Below the pieces are notes generated by a model. The model ran no database searches. It saw nothing but the letters and a program-made list of their open reading frames with translations, and had not been told where the DNA came from. Positions 50,531-63,945 of a stretch of DNA of 64,000 nucleotides are shown one piece after another. The stretch comes from Octopus bimaculoides (taxonomy: Eukaryota), in NCBI RefSeq assembly GCF_001194135.2, contig NC_068983.1, positions 61,559,413 to 61,623,412 of the forward strand. Reading direction: 5' to 3'. Within the stretch, counting starts at the first letter, position 1. Each line of letters starts with the position of its first letter. The position numbers were made by a program, and so were the translations under genes.

Positions 50531-50660
50531 ATTATTTACATTTGACGGATATTTGTCCTAATCTTGTTTGTTGTTTACACAACGTTTCGGCTGATATACC
50601 CTCCAGCCTTCATCAGGTTCTCATTCCTAAGGTATTTTTCGATGTTATTGTTGTTGTTGT
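50531..50660 (-). mobile_element. Headless copy of the hammerhead-bearing SINE with a 26 nt deletion
   Basis: CUGAUGA-A-GGCUG(GAGGGUAUAU)CAGCC-GAAACGUU intact; upstream stem I strand deleted relative to the 44.7 kb copy. Confidence 0.85.
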
Positions 50661-52134
50661 GATCTTCCTCCTTAACAAGGCAGTGAATTATTCAGCACTA
50701 TGAATATTTGAGCCTGCCCTGGTTGTTCAGCTGACTACCTGCATGACATAGCATAGGTCTACTCGTTTTGAAGATTACCTGGCGTTAAACAGCTGCAGCG
50801 TATTATAACACAAGCTTATAAGCTCTGTTGTCAATTTCTATAAGCGGATATTAAACTGTCTTTGAACATCGCTCTAAAAGATTTAAGGTAGATTGCTGGC
50901 CAATTTGTCATTAAAGGGGAGTTGGACCAAGATAAGAATTGGAAAACACTGTTAGAGTTACAGTGTTTGTGAGAAAAAAAAAACAAAACAAAAAAAAACG
51001 AAAAAACACTCGCAGATACAGGGTATGATTGCAGTTGAAACGTTTTCGATCATAATTCTGCTTGAACAGGACTGACCTGGAGCTAAACAAGGTAATTAAT
51101 TTTCCCACTACCATCAAAGTGATGAGAAGCGTCATCCCTATCATCACCATTATCATCATCAGCAACACTACCAATCTGCCACTGCTATCACCATCTCATC
51201 ACTTACATTACAAACACGAGCTCCATCACCGTCATTATCATAACCACAATCATTGCTGTTATCAACACTCTCCCCGTCACCATGAACACATCCACTGCAC
51301 TCATCAATCAACAGACATCTAGCCCGAAGTAAGGAGGTTCATTAGGACGTTTCTCTGATTGGTCTTCGATGAAAGTCTTCAAGTCGGAATATATGAAGTC
51401 TTCTAAGATACATACGTTCTGCTGGATTTTTAATCATTGGTTGATATCATTTTGAATCTTATTTCTCAAAAGTTTCATTAGCAGGTTGATGACGTAACAG
51501 AAAAAGTAATCGAGTGGAAGAGTCAGATAAAATGCTATTAGGCATTTAATTGTTTCTCCATATACTAAGTGGCTGAGTTCGACTAAATTCATCAACCATC
51601 CCACTTAGTTTTATTCGAAAAACAGGCTGAAATCATTCAACGGAAGAACAGCGGCTCATTCGTAACGATGATAATGTGAATTTTCTGGACGCCTAGTAAG
51701 TCAGGTATCACCTACAAGTTACAGGCCACCTCGTGTTGCATCGTACGGTCACTTCGCCTTCTGGACGGGGTGAGTTATGGAACAGCCATAAATATGGTGA
51801 GGGATATATAAACTGGACTTCAAAAAGAAATTTGGAAATGTGTGACTCCACGCAAAACAACTGGGGTACAATAGACTACATCCGTAAACGCATTTTGTAG
51901 CCTTATGAAAACAAACACGGCTCTGGCACATTAAAAACACCTAGATCAAGAAAAATTTTAAGCAGCATGACATGTCAAAATACTAGTACAACTTTCCGGA
52001 ACCCAATTGCTGTCATTAGATGCAATTCGCTCGATTACATTCGTTCTGTGTACTTGTGGAATTATACTTGTATAAAAACCCACGTGGGATATTGGAGCTG
52101 TAGTGCCGGACTAAACGTTTTGTTATATTTATAT

Positions 52135-52630
52135 CTATTATACGCCCAAGAGAGAGGTGCAGCTATCGTTGTCAGCATTGCTGGTGATGTGACTATTTAT
52201 GGTATGGTGGGATAGGAGACGCAAAGAGAAATTAGCAGAGGACTCGATAAACCTAACCATGTACTCCCGCTATGTGGATGATATCAACATAGTAGCCAAA
52301 GCACCCCTACAAGACAATGTTGATGATCTAGAAGCTAACACTATGGAGAACATCCAGCAAATAGCTAACTCCATCCACCAGAGTATTAAAGTAACGACAG
52401 ACTACTCTAACAAGTACCCGGAATATAGGTTATCTGTTTTAGTCACGGAACTCTGGCTAGAAACTAAGAACAGTAAGGTCCACATCCTTCACTCCCATTA
52501 TGCCAAACCCATGACCTCTAAGTACCTTGTTCACAAGAACACACCTATTGCGGACAACACCAAGTTCAACATTCTTATAGCTGACTTGGGGAGGGTGATA
52601 AGGAATGTGTCTCGCATGTGCGACCCTATG
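52135..52630 (+). mobile_element. Penelope-like RT fragment (second lineage)
   Basis: LYAQERGAAI..SIAGDV, MVWWD, YSRYVDDIN, IANSIHQSIKVTTDY, HYAKPMTSK, KFNILIADLGRVIRNVS. Confidence 0.8.
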
Positions 52631-53354
52631 AATTGGAAAGCAGAACATAGAGGCTCGATTAATAGCATAGAGGTTAAGGTATTATCGACGCATAAAACTG
52701 ACACGACACTTAGATAGATCATAGAGGTTAGACACATAGCAATAAACTGACCGAGCCTCAATAGAAAACACGATTGGAACAATAACACCCGCCACCATAC
52801 CGCACAACATGACTACTAAAGACAGAAGGGAGGGGAAGAGAGAGGGAAAAAAATCAAACACAGATACAAACAGGGTACTACACACACAATAGACAAATAT
52901 GCACATACCAGTGATAAATATCAGAGAGATAAATAAACAATAAAATATCACATACCTGTGATAAATATTAAAAATAGAGATAAATAAAAATAAATAAATA
53001 AATAAAAATCTATATAAAATCTATATATAAATAAAAATCTATACAGATACAAACAACATAGGAAGCGAACACATATACACACAAAAACACACATACAGTA
53101 ACTTCACAAACGGTCGCAACAGTATCAATAACACGACTAACAACGACTACAGCAACAGCAGTGACAACGATGACAACAACAACAACTACCACAATGGCAA
53201 CAGCGTGGGCGAACACACACACACAAACACAAAGGAATACAGGAACTGTACTAAATTTCGGGTCCTAGGACAGCAGTAGCGACAACGGGAGGGAATGATG
53301 CTGAGGGGAAGGTCATAGTGCTACTAAGAACACACACGCACACACACACGCACG

Positions 53355-53393
<39 letters not shown>

Positions 53394-54332
53394 GCACACA
53401 CACATACACACACGGATAGACGGACGGACGCAAACGCATGGGCATATAAGGATACACATCATAGAAAAACAGAATGAAATAAGTGGAGCAGGAGCACACA
53501 CGGAGACGGAAAGTGTAGCTGAATAGGTCACAGATGTGTGACGAAAGATTTCCGGACAATGGACATGAGTTAGAATAAGAACAGTAATAAACGACTGAAA
53601 AACGAATATATAGTGCGCGTGTTTATTTGGTAAAAAAAAAATGACCATACCGAAACAGAACAATATATTTAGATCTATAACAGAAAAAGATATATAGTGA
53701 ATGCTGTACGAAAAAAAAATACCTCTTATTTGGAGAAAGCAAACGAAAATCAAGCGGCAATTGTTAACGACGTTCAAATAAAGTGGAGATACTTTCAAGA
53801 AATTAGAAATTAATCTAAGTTAATTTATAGCTTATGGTGGGGGTGGTGAGTTTGCTCTTTGCTTCCAGGCAAGAGACAACTATGGAGTTGGTTTGGTCTA
53901 TTATACCTCATTAGCATTCTATACTAGATTCGAGTCTGCTTAATAAGTTGACAAAAGGGTGAAACAGTTGGATTCGACTCCACGTTTTGCCACATGAAAG
54001 TGACAAATTGATCATGTACGCAAACCCAGTTTCGGTCCCATCAACTGCTGTTGTTTACGTAATAGTGTGGTGGCATGGGTAGAACCTTCCGTGAACAGAG
54101 CCTACAAATACAGCTCAATTTAGCGCCAAGACTCCAGAGTGATCCGGTCCCTGGCGGCGTTCACTCTCTACGCATGGCTGCTTTCACAGCTACATGTTCA
54201 ATTTGGCACGATAGAAGAAGAAAACACACTACGGCTACAAGAATATGCATTGATGTGTAAAAATTAGCCAGGCGAAGATTTTCTAAACTTGTCATATACA
54301 TCGTTTCATCTGAATATTCTTTTTCTTGTATT

Positions 54333-54545
54333 CTTTTCTACTCTAGGTACAAGGCCCAAAATATTTGGAGAGGGAGCCAGTCGATTAGATCGACCCCAGT
54401 ACGCAACTGGTACTTAATTTATCGACCCCGAAAAGATAAAAGACAAAGTCGACCTCGGTAGAATTTGAACTCAGAACATGGAGACAGACGAAATACCGCT
54501 AAGCATTTCCCTCGGCGTGCTAACGTTTCTGCCAACTCGCTGCCT
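54333..54545 (-). mobile_element. OR1-like SINE with 18 bp target-site duplication
   Basis: TATTC(T/C)TTTTCTTGTATT at 54315-54332 and 54546-54563 (1 mismatch). Confidence 0.9.
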
Positions 54546-54605
54546 TATTCCTTTTCTTGTATTGCATGAACACGCATATTATTTTAATAATAAATTACGT
54601 TCATG

Positions 54606-55005
54606 AGGCGGCGAGCTGGCAGAATCGTTAGCACGCCTGGCGAAATGCTTAGCGGTATTTCGTCTGCCGTTACGTTCTGAGTTCAAATTCCGCCGAGGTC
54701 GACTTTGCCTTTCATCCTTTCGGGGTCGATAAATTAAGTACCAGTTACGCACTGGGGTCGATGTAATCGACTTAATCCGTTCGTCTGTTCTTGTTTGCTC
54801 CCTCTATGTCTAGCCCCTTGTGGGCAATAACGAAATAGGTATTTCTTCTGTCTTTATGTTCTGACTTCAAATTCCGCCGAGGTCGACTTTGCCTTTCATC
54901 CTTTCGGAGGTCGATAAATTAAGTACCAGTTGCATACTGGAGTCGATATAATCGATTGGCCCTTCTCCACCAAAATTTCGGGCATTGTGCCTATAGTAGA
55001 AAAGA
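54606..55005 (+). mobile_element. Young OR1-like SINE followed by a second body (dimer)
   Basis: AGGCGGCGAGCTGGCAGAATCGTTAGC head with CpGs retained; body repeated at ~54838-55005. Confidence 0.9.
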
Positions 55006-56411
55006 ATAAATTATGTATATAAACGTAAAGCAGGCTTCTTCCAACCATTGTTACAAGGTTTTACAAATAGAAAAAAAGTCACGAACGAGTTTCAGCCAGT
55101 ATAAGTTGCATAAGTTAAAAATAAGATTCAATTGTATTTAGATTTGATTCTTTTTCTCTTGAGTTCACACGCTGCTTGAACCTGTTTTGAGATTCTTCTT
55201 TTCAAGCTCGATAAGATAAATAACAGACATATTTAATTTACAAAACTTCTCAACTACAAATTTATGACCTTATGTCAAAAGCTTGAAATTACTGTAGTAT
55301 CACTAAGACTTGAGTATTTATATTAGTTGATACAGTTCTATATTTAAGAGATGATATCACATTCGTTCATATCACATTCATAGATTTGGCAACTTTGTTG
55401 TTGTTTAGCCCACATTGTGTAGGTATATGTTCAAAGACGTTCCGGATATGATTATTCTATATTCTTCCCGAAGACACAGACTACACTAGGGTCACACTGT
55501 CCAACATCTTTTCTCAGACGTTAGACTGTGATTTGAGTGAAACTTGACTGCTGTTTTTAACACTCTGAATGACCACGCAAAGGTTTCCTTGCGTAATCGA
55601 TTACTTCCTTTTTGTTCCTCATTCAAATTAGGGATTTACAACGTTAAAGCAGTAAACTGTTTTGTGTAGTTTAGTAAGGAGACCTTCTTTTGGATAAGTC
55701 CTAGGATATATTTGTGTGTAGTAGTGGTGTCATTGTAAGTGTGAGGGAAGAATTCCTAGTTTAGCAAGGTTATGCTTATGACCTTCACTGGTCATTCGAG
55801 ACTGATGGGATTTTAGGATAGATACAGATTATGGTCAATCCCAACATCTACAAAATGACATCTGCAGGAAAAAGTTGAGTTGGTTGAGAAAGAAATTCTG
55901 GAAGATTGTCGTCTTAAAGGGGAAACATTTGCATAATGGTTAGTATGAGTTTGGGTAGTGAGACAACAGTATGGGTTACGAAAGGAGAAGAGACGGGTGT
56001 ATTGGGTGAAAAATGATTGGTGGTGGTTGTATGTAACGAGCCAGTTCCAAAAACCAGACACCATTGCAGTTGCAGACAAAGAAGCAGAGTGACAGCGCGT
56101 CTGTGGGAAAGTAATTGATGTAATGTTAGTAAGTTTTTGATATGCTCTAGGACAGCGGCTGTCAATCTGATAATGCAAGGTCTCACCAAAGAAAATTACT
56201 GAAATGTTTTGTCTTGCACTTTTTATTAATGAGAATACCTAATGGTATTTGCATTCACATAATTCTTTCTTCACCAAGGTGCTGGACAATGTTTAAAAGT
56301 TTAAAGCCATTTAAATTTTAATAGATTAAAATGAATTTAAACTTTGTTCGTCGTCTTTTCAATCTTTAGAAGCTTCCATCTGTGAAAAATACTGCCGTAG
56401 AATGTTTTTGA

Positions 56412-56610
56412 GAGTAGTAGAATCGTTAGCATGCCAAGCAAAATGCTTAGCGTCATTCCGTCTGTCTTTATTATTTTGAGTTCAAATCCCGCCGAAGTCA
56501 TCTTTGCCTTTCATCCTTTTGGGATTGATAAAATAAGTATCAGTCAGGCACTGATATCGACGTAATCGACTTATCTCCCCGTCCGAAATTCCTGATCTTG
56601 TGTCAAAATT
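56412..56610 (+). mobile_element. OR1-like SINE
   Basis: AGAATCGTTAGCATGCC...GAGTTCAAATCCCGCCG...TTTGCCTTTCATCC. Confidence 0.8.
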
Positions 56611-57797
56611 TGAAGCCAGTATTGTTTATCTTTTCCCGGTAAATATAGGCAACAATTCTTGCTATGTTCCGGGTTTATTCTGATCTGTTCAGGACAGGAT
56701 GGTTTTCACCGTATTTGCTGAAATTGAAATAAATGAATCACAGAATAAATATGAACGATTGTACTTTTAATGGATCAGGGAAATAGAAGTGGTGAAAGAT
56801 TAACGCAAGAGTTGTTTACAATATTTTACTTCTGTGATATATTGTTATGTTTAACTGGTGTGATTTACTTTTCTGGTCCACGCAGCTGAGTGTGATAAAC
56901 TGCCAACAAGAAAGCCTGGTTGTGGGTGCTTAATTTGACAGAAAAACAAGGAAGAAACCACATCCTCCCTTAAATCACATACTACTGCCTTCAGAAACTC
57001 TAGACTTACAAAAAAAAAAACAAAAACCCCAATAACATCTGCTGCTGTGACTGTTTTTGTTGCTGCTGCTGTGTTCAATAGAGTGAGTATTCTCTTGTTA
57101 TCTGCTGCGCTGATCTACTCTTGCTTTTTAAAGATGTGATCTAATATTGTAGTCTCTTGCTTTGTTCCATAGTTGTTTTCAGTTATTTTGTTCTGCAGAT
57201 CAGTTTTAATTTTGTACTCCGCTGTTTGCTGTCCGGCTGTTGTGCTCTGCTTCTGAGAATGAAGTTTGTGCTGCCGAACATACTCGAATATATCAGAGAC
57301 AAACTCCGGTTATTCAAGACAGAGATGTCCAGCTATTTTATTTTTACTCTTCGTATAAATAAGGAAAAGTATTTGATTAATTCCAAAGAATTTCTTATAA
57401 GCATCAGATTTGGATTAGAGCATTTGGAGAAAAACTGGATTTATTTTACTGCGATTGCAATCAACCGTTTTGAGATAAACATTGAAGCAATAACTGTTAT
57501 AATCTAAGAGACTTTCCAAATATTAACAGTGAAAAACAAATATTGCTGAAAATGTTCTTTGTATAGAAAACATTTCTGATTCTATATTCTAAACGGGATT
57601 TGCTATCTCCATTTGTATTTTCATTTCAAACACTCCATGTGTCATTACTTTTCAGCAAAAATCTATTTTAAATCTAAAGAAATAATAATAGTAAAGCAAA
57701 TCAGAAACTGGTTACTCAAAAAGCAACAAAAAGAAAAAAAACCCCAACAAAATACAAAGCAAAAACAAAATGAACAACAACTTTTTCTCTGTATAAG

Positions 57798-57871
57798 GAA
57801 ACGATAAAACACAAATTAGAAGCTGATTACGCTGAAGGAAAAGCTTTAGTTAAGGGAAGAAAAAAATCAAG
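57798..57871 (+). CDS. Candidate isolated internal coding exon (ETIKHKLEADYAEGKALVKGRKKS), product unknown
   Basis: CTTTTTCTCTGTATAAG acceptor, CAAG|GTAAGT donor, only one of three frames open; no partner exon found. Confidence 0.2.
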
Positions 57872-57876
57872 GTAAG

Positions 57877-57943
<67 letters not shown>

Positions 57944-58483
57944 NNNNNNNNNNNNNNNNNNNNNNNNNNNNNNNNNNNNNNNNNNNNNNNNNNNNNNNNN
58001 NNNNNNNNNNNNNNNNNNNNNNNNNNNNNNNNNNNNNNNNNNNNNNNNNNNNNNNNNNNNNNNNNNNNNNNNNNNNNNNNNNNNNNNNNNNNNNNNNNNN
58101 NNNNNNNNNNNNNNNNNNNNNNNNNNNNNNNNNNNNNNNNNNNNNNNNNNNNNNNNNNNNNNNNNNNNNNNNNNNNNNNNNNNNNNNNNNNNNNNNNNNN
58201 NNNNNNNNNNNNNNNNGATCTTATATATATATACATACTAAATACTATATATATTTGTAAATTGTAAAACATAACTGTCATCACTACTACATAAACCTGA
58301 AGATTGCATAGTTTAATGCATGAAAGTACTAGTTCAATCAGAATAGAGATTTAATAGTCTATCATTTCATTATATATTATTATATTATATTATTATAAGA
58401 TTGTAAATAAAACGTGAAAATCAGACAAAGTTGGAATTTCTTCGAGTAATATACTCTTCTATACACAATCATTCACACCCGTG

Positions 58484-58558
<75 letters not shown>

Positions 58559-59199
58559 ATAATAAATACTATATACATATATATATATATACACACACAC
58601 GCATACAATTGTAATTAATTCTTGCCTATATGTTGGAAGGAGACGCTAAACCGTCGAACCACATTACATATCAGCATTAAATCACATTAAATTTCAGCAT
58701 ATAGGCAAGAATTTTTTCTGTGCCTTTAATTATAACTGTACTTATGATTTCACCTACTACTAACAAATACTCCAACAGAAGTACAACTTTGTTTAGAGAA
58801 GATGCCATCAACACTCAATAAAAGCTAACCTGGATGAAACAACAACTTCAAAATCACCGCACAGTAACTTCTAACAGAAAATATAGCAGACATTATTTCT
58901 ATGAATGATGAACCCAAAAAGATGTGTTCAAAGAAAGTGTGAGGGTGTATGGCTAAATACTACTGGATCCAGAGGAAGTTACAATTCCAAAAGTCATAGC
59001 GAAATGTCATAAGCTGTCACAATGATCATCTTAATAGCAGACATTGTAAGAATGATAAGGATTGTGTCACCTATGTACGAACACCAAGATCGGCGAAATC
59101 ATTCAGCATTTTATTTTCCAAATGCAGTTGTCTGGTTACACAGAAAAAAGACATGCTCAAGTGTGTATAAAGAAAAAAGAAATACAAAACGAAACAAGC

Positions 59200-59445
59200 C
59201 GATAATTTTCTAGAAAATATCAAACCTTTGATGAGATGGAGCATAATTCCTATATTAGTCATGGACAAGCTGCGACCTGCGTGACTTTCTGAATGGCATG
59301 CCTAACTAAAAGTTACCTTGAATGTTTTTAAATAACGCAACCTGCTTGATGATGACTCGTGCGGCCCGCTTCTCGAAGAATGTTCCCCATTCCTGTTCTA
59401 CACTGTAAGAAGTTTCAGAAGAGCTTTGGAAGATTTAGAAATAAT
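59200..59445 (+). mobile_element. L1/Tx1-like ORF2 C-terminal remnant
   Basis: KLRPA*LSEWHA..VTLNVF..NLLDDDSC...EE.VPH.VLHC...ELW after frame repair; homologous to 33477-33660. Confidence 0.4.
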
Positions 59446-60190
59446 AATAAGATAGTCATGTCAGGTACATGGTACAGTAATAATAGGTTTTATCTTGTTT
59501 AAAGATCTAGTAAATTAACTAGATCCTCCAAAGTTTAAAAAAAAGTTAAATCAAAGTTAAAAAGATCAAAACAAAACAGGTAAGTCCATTAAATCGATTC
59601 TCCTTTTGACAAAGACACATTCGAGGGTGATTGTGAAATATGTACCACAAACTTAAAAATACTGAATCTGTGTTAACCACTCTGAAGCTTATGTGCGAGA
59701 GACAGTTCTTGACTTTTAACAAAGTGTCCAGTTATTACTGGAACAGTCATACTGGTTAGAAAGCTACTTGTACACTTTTACCAAACACTGGAAAAGTGTA
59801 GATGTTAGATCTACACAACTCTATATGATGCTTAGACAAGTGACTAACTGAATCAGTTTGCATACTGCATACAAGAAAGCAAAACCAGTGTCAGCCGTAA
59901 ATCTGGAATAACAAACATGTACCACCCACAAGAAATGCATATTTCCTCTCATCCACTTAAATTAGTTTTATACACACAATTTTCGTATGATGTGTTCATA
60001 TCCATGAGTGTGTATGTGTGTGTAGGCGCGCGCGCGTTTGCTGTTGGTAGCATTGTTCTTACGTTACTGTTGTTTAACCCTAAGTAAATTCTTATCGAGA
60101 AAATCTATGATCATTATGAAGCTATAACAACATTGAGGCTTCCTTGCTTGGAGTTTTGCTTTAGGGTGATATTATATAAAAACAAAAGCA

Positions 60191-60416
60191 TTAACATTTA
60201 CTATTTTAACCAGCCGTATCAGGCCCTAATATTCTATCTCTTTTTTGTTCGAATCATCCATATCCGGCCTTTCACACTTACCCTTCAATGACATTTTAAG
60301 AATTAACGATCACATCATCAAACTCTTGAAGCTACGAGATAATGCATGACTAATTCAAATTAATGAGAATAAATAAGCTTCACATTTTACAGAGTGATCT
60401 GAATGCTAAGGGTTAA
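60191..60416. mobile_element. piggyBac-type MITE (same family as 30961-31149)
   Basis: TTAA at 60191; ends ATCTGAATGCTAAGGG-TTAA. Confidence 0.7.
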
Positions 60417-61569
60417 GATACATTAAGGTATCAAATCAAATTAACTTCCTAAACCATCAATTTAAGAAGTAATACGAGATCCAAAATGCAAGTCACTTCT
60501 GATGTTTATCACTGAAAACTAATCAAAACAAGCCGTGATAGGGTGGAGGAGATATGCAATATTAGAATTCCTTCCTAAATCACAAGAAGTATATATTTGA
60601 AAAGATGCTATTTTAAAATAAAAAAGAAAAGAAACTGTATACAAATTGGTTTTAAACGTCTGAAAATAATTTATCTGTTGGTCACAGAGTCTCACGATGT
60701 AAAAATGATTCACATTGTCGGGAAGCAATGGTAAATACTTATCCAGTGGAATGGACTTTTTTTAAATGACAGATCGTGTGAAATCACTTTTCCGCATATT
60801 TTGGCCTACATAGTAACCTTTGGTTTTTTGACCAGATTTGAAGTAACAAGTTTTTCTTCGATAATAAATTCCAGTAAAGAAGAGGTTTCCTTGGTGATTG
60901 TTGCATTGTTAGAGTTTACATGATATTGCTTTTTATAGCTGTCATTCTTTTGCCTTCAGATAATGATACGATCTCATGCTATATGTTGTGAGAAACAGGT
61001 ATTTCAGATAGAAAACAGATGTTTTTGATAGAACACCTTTGTTGCTGGTCGATAATTTTCAGTTTGAGCTGGTATTTTATTATATACGTCTTAGTTTGAC
61101 AACGTTTATCATCCTTATAATATATCTGGCACGCCCAGCTGTTAACAAAACTCTTGCCTATTACTCATTCATCATCAATACTTTTATATTTCTGTTTGAA
61201 ATAACTTCCGCGAACTATTTCTCAATAAATACCACACATTAAGTCCATTTTCTAAGTTCTTTCCATGCTCTGTGTTAAACGACACATCCTTTCCACGTAT
61301 AAAAAAAGCTGTACAGAAAAGAGGTGCTGTAGATGGCTTCTTTCGTCCAGTTCTGCCAAATATTTTCATGCTTTTACAGAAATGTCATTCAGCACATCTT
61401 GATATTCTCTGAGTTCGCGCTACTTATATATTGTTCTTCGTCATAGGATATGAGATGATTCCTGCTCGGTTACTTTCCTTACAGTCCAGTTTGCTCATAC
61501 TCAGATGAACGAACTTTGTGCCAGATGTTAACATTTTAGAGGGAGGCAATACTGTTATATTGGTTTCAA

Positions 61570-61995
61570 TTTTCGCACAAGGCCAGCAATTTAGAGGGTG
61601 GGGTTAAGTATATTACATCGACCCCAGTGCTTAACTGGTACTTATCTTATTGACTTCGAAAGGGATGAAAGGTGATGTCGACATCAGCGGAATTTGAACT
61701 CAGAAACTGACGAAACACCGCTAAAGTTTTGTCTAGCGCGCTAACGATTCTACTATCTGACCGCCTAAGGTAATACTATAATATTGATTTCAAATTTTGG
61801 CACAAGGCTAACAATTTCAAGGCAGGGTTAACTCGATTGCATCGATCCCATTACGCAACTGGTACTTAATTTATCGACCCCGAAAGGGATGAAAAACGAA
61901 GTCGACTTCGGCAGAATTTGAACTCAGAACATAGAGCCAGACGAAATGCTGGTAAGCATTTTGCCTAGCGTGCTAACGATTCTGCCAGCTCGGCT
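61570..61995 (-). mobile_element. Two tandem OR1-like SINEs
   Basis: Copies at ~61570-61765 and ~61785-61995, each with GGAATTTGAACTCAGAAC-like B-box region. Confidence 0.85.
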
Positions 61996-63559
61996 GCCCG
62001 CCCGCGGCAATGCTATAATATTAGTTCTCTAATGATCAAGCAACATTTGCTTGATTAGCAGTTTAAGCTCTCAAGTTAGGATATATGTATCATTAGTAAA
62101 TTTGCATTTCCAGGTAGCTCTAATTTTAACCATTGTACCAAATTCTCAAAACCTATTTATTCCATAGTGGTTATATGTATATTTTCTTAACTTAACACCC
62201 TTTAATGCATTGCCCTTATGAAGATCTTCATTTGAATATTTTTCACCGTAACTTTTAACTGTTTCAGTTTTATCATCAACGCCAGTAAGCGAGCAATATC
62301 ATTCACAATATTCTTTTCTACAGTCTAAACAATAATTTCTCCAAAACGGATTGTTTTTACACTGATGTTTTTTCTTCGTTACTTCATGTCCGACGGAAAA
62401 TTTTTCTCGCCAATGTGAATTAACCCAAACATTTTAATGAGTTTACGTTACGAATATTTGGGATATTTTATAACCGATTTGTAGTTTCCCAGATATATAA
62501 AGAGAACTTGTGAATCATTCAGTTCAAGAATCTTCACAGTTTCGTAGACTGACACTTGCAAATAAGATTTAGTAGTCAAGCTTGTCAAATAGCGATCCAG
62601 TAGAAAGAAACCAAGACATGTGTATTTACTTATGTACCTCAGTCACTTGTTCAAATATATTAAAAGTATTAATAAGACTCTACACACACACAACAACAAC
62701 AACAACAAGTTATTAAGTTTGTACACAGTATGAATCCTGTCTGACGGAATAACGGAATTATATTCTTTTTCTAAGATTATATCTTAACAGCTTTCTGTTT
62801 GTTCACCCTACCAAATATATCTTTTTGTTTGCCAGAAAATATTCAGCTGGTAGCGTTGTTGTTACTGCTGAAAGTAACGATAGATTATTAGTGGCGGTCT
62901 TAATGTTGTTGAAGGTGTTGTTGTTGTTATTGTCATTAATACAAGTGTTTCTATAACAGTGGAGTTGTTGGTATCGTAGGTGGTTTGACGTTATTTAGCT
63001 TCTGGCCAGTTCTCATGGGCAGGCTCAAAAGTTCTCCAGCCGTGACTACCATGTCTTGTTTTCAGAAATATTGAAGCAAGAGATTCTCTATTCAATGCGT
63101 TCTTTCATTTCAAAGGTATAGGGTTTAAATTGAGGCCGATTAGGGTGCTGCTATTTCTAGCATCCCATAGAACTATGCAGAGGCTCTCAGGTGTTACTGT
63201 TAATAAGATTGTTTTCGTTAGTTTGATACTGTCAGTGTTGTTGCTGTGTTCTTGTTGATACAACACCACTAATACCACTACAATAACAACAAAACTCACC
63301 AACAGTGACAAGAACATACCACCCCCACCACATTCCCTTTGCCATCCAACGAATTTGAGGAGACGAGAGCGGGTGCGAGCGGGAAGCAAAATGTTGTAAG
63401 ACTTATAGGATGGCAAGAAGAACGTGCAGGGTGTGGTATGTTCATGTCATTGATGATGTCTTTTGTTGTTATTGTAATGATGTTAAGCGGTGTTGTAGCA
63501 ATACTGGTCTTAGTCGAAGTGGTGGGGGACTGGTGCTGACAATAGGAATGGCTGTACTT

Positions 63560-63945
63560 GTAATAATCCGTCCTTACGATGATTGCAAGCAGTAGGAGGA
63601 ATGTTGGTGGTCATAATTGTTCTGATATTAGTGATTGCGATGATGATGATGATGGTGGTGGTGGTGGTGGTGGTGGTGGTGGTAATTGTGTGGGTGATGA
63701 TGATAGCAACGGTAATATCAGTTGTGTAGTGGCAATAGTTGGGAGTAGCAGCATCAATAGTTCTAGCTGAAGAGGTGGCAGTAATAATGCGTAGTGGTAG
63801 TGGTGGTAGCAGTGGCAGTACCGTTTTCATTAATGTTCACTATTAAGGTTAATAACTTGCTGTCGACAGCTAACATCCGTAGTCAAGTACCAAACTGACA
63901 TTCAGTGATTCTTTGACATTTGCCGTCTTCAGCTACATCCCACCA

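Noticed and set aside
59317-59402. Minus-strand exon-like segment VEQEWGTFFEKRAARVIIKQVALFKNIQ with AG/GT borders
   Set aside because: Homology with 33480-33600 continues past the apparent donor and the opposite strand reads as an L1/Tx1 C-terminus, so it is TE-derived; exonisation is unproven
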